From: Antedon mediterranea
Lineage: Eukaryota; Animalia; Echinodermata
Assembly (NCBI RefSeq): GCF_964355755.1
Contig: NC_092674.1
Coordinates: 4,526,001 to 4,590,000, forward strand
DNA: 64,000 bases
Reading direction: 5' to 3'
Shown: piece by piece, positions 63,955-64,000 of the stretch
Position numbering within the stretch: the stretch's first letter is position 1
Layout of the letters: the number at the start of each line of letters is the position of its first letter
Translations under genes and position numbers: made by a program
Notes under the pieces: model-generated
The model's input: the letters and a program-made list of their open reading frames with translations, nothing else
The model's database searches: none
What the model was told of the DNA's origin: nothing

Positions 63955-64000
63955 TAACTCCCGGTACCCATTTTATACACCTGTGTGGAGAGAGGCAACT
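63955..64000 (-). mobile_element. Probable SINE central-domain fragment running off the window
   Basis: Minus strand reads TTGCCTCTCTCCACACAGGTGTATAAAATGGGTACCGG, resembling a conserved core of invertebrate tRNA SINEs (recalled motif, not searched). Confidence 0.45.

Overview
AT-rich, intron-containing animal genomic DNA, probably an invertebrate deuterostome (inferred from the Deu/Nin-type SINEs and gene content; not provable here). Two multi-exon genes lie on the minus strand, reconstructed by hand from GT-AG sites and phase continuity. Gene 1 (ATG at 11917, 15 exons, at least 855 codons, running off the window at 1) encodes a secreted protein: signal peptide, PSGGFG repeats, an EGFL6/nephronectin-like EGF array, a carboxypeptidase-regulatory-like and CILP/FAM171-like region containing RGD, then a Sushi/CCP module. 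Gene 2 (probable ATG at 52441, stop at 25113, 11 coding exons, about 1138 aa) encodes a TRPC4/5/TRP-gamma-like channel with atypical LVW (pore helix) and NWKFAR (TRP box) motifs. The rest is introns and intergenic DNA with two 5'-truncated CR1/L2-group LINEs, tRNA-derived SINEs, several MITE families, Helitron-like ends, a Penelope-like fragment with a hammerhead remnant and a 17-bp target-site duplication, and many mini- and microsatellites. No prokaryotic system or CRISPR array is supported. Most ORF-track entries are exon read-through or repeat artefacts. All family assignments come from motif recognition, not database searches.
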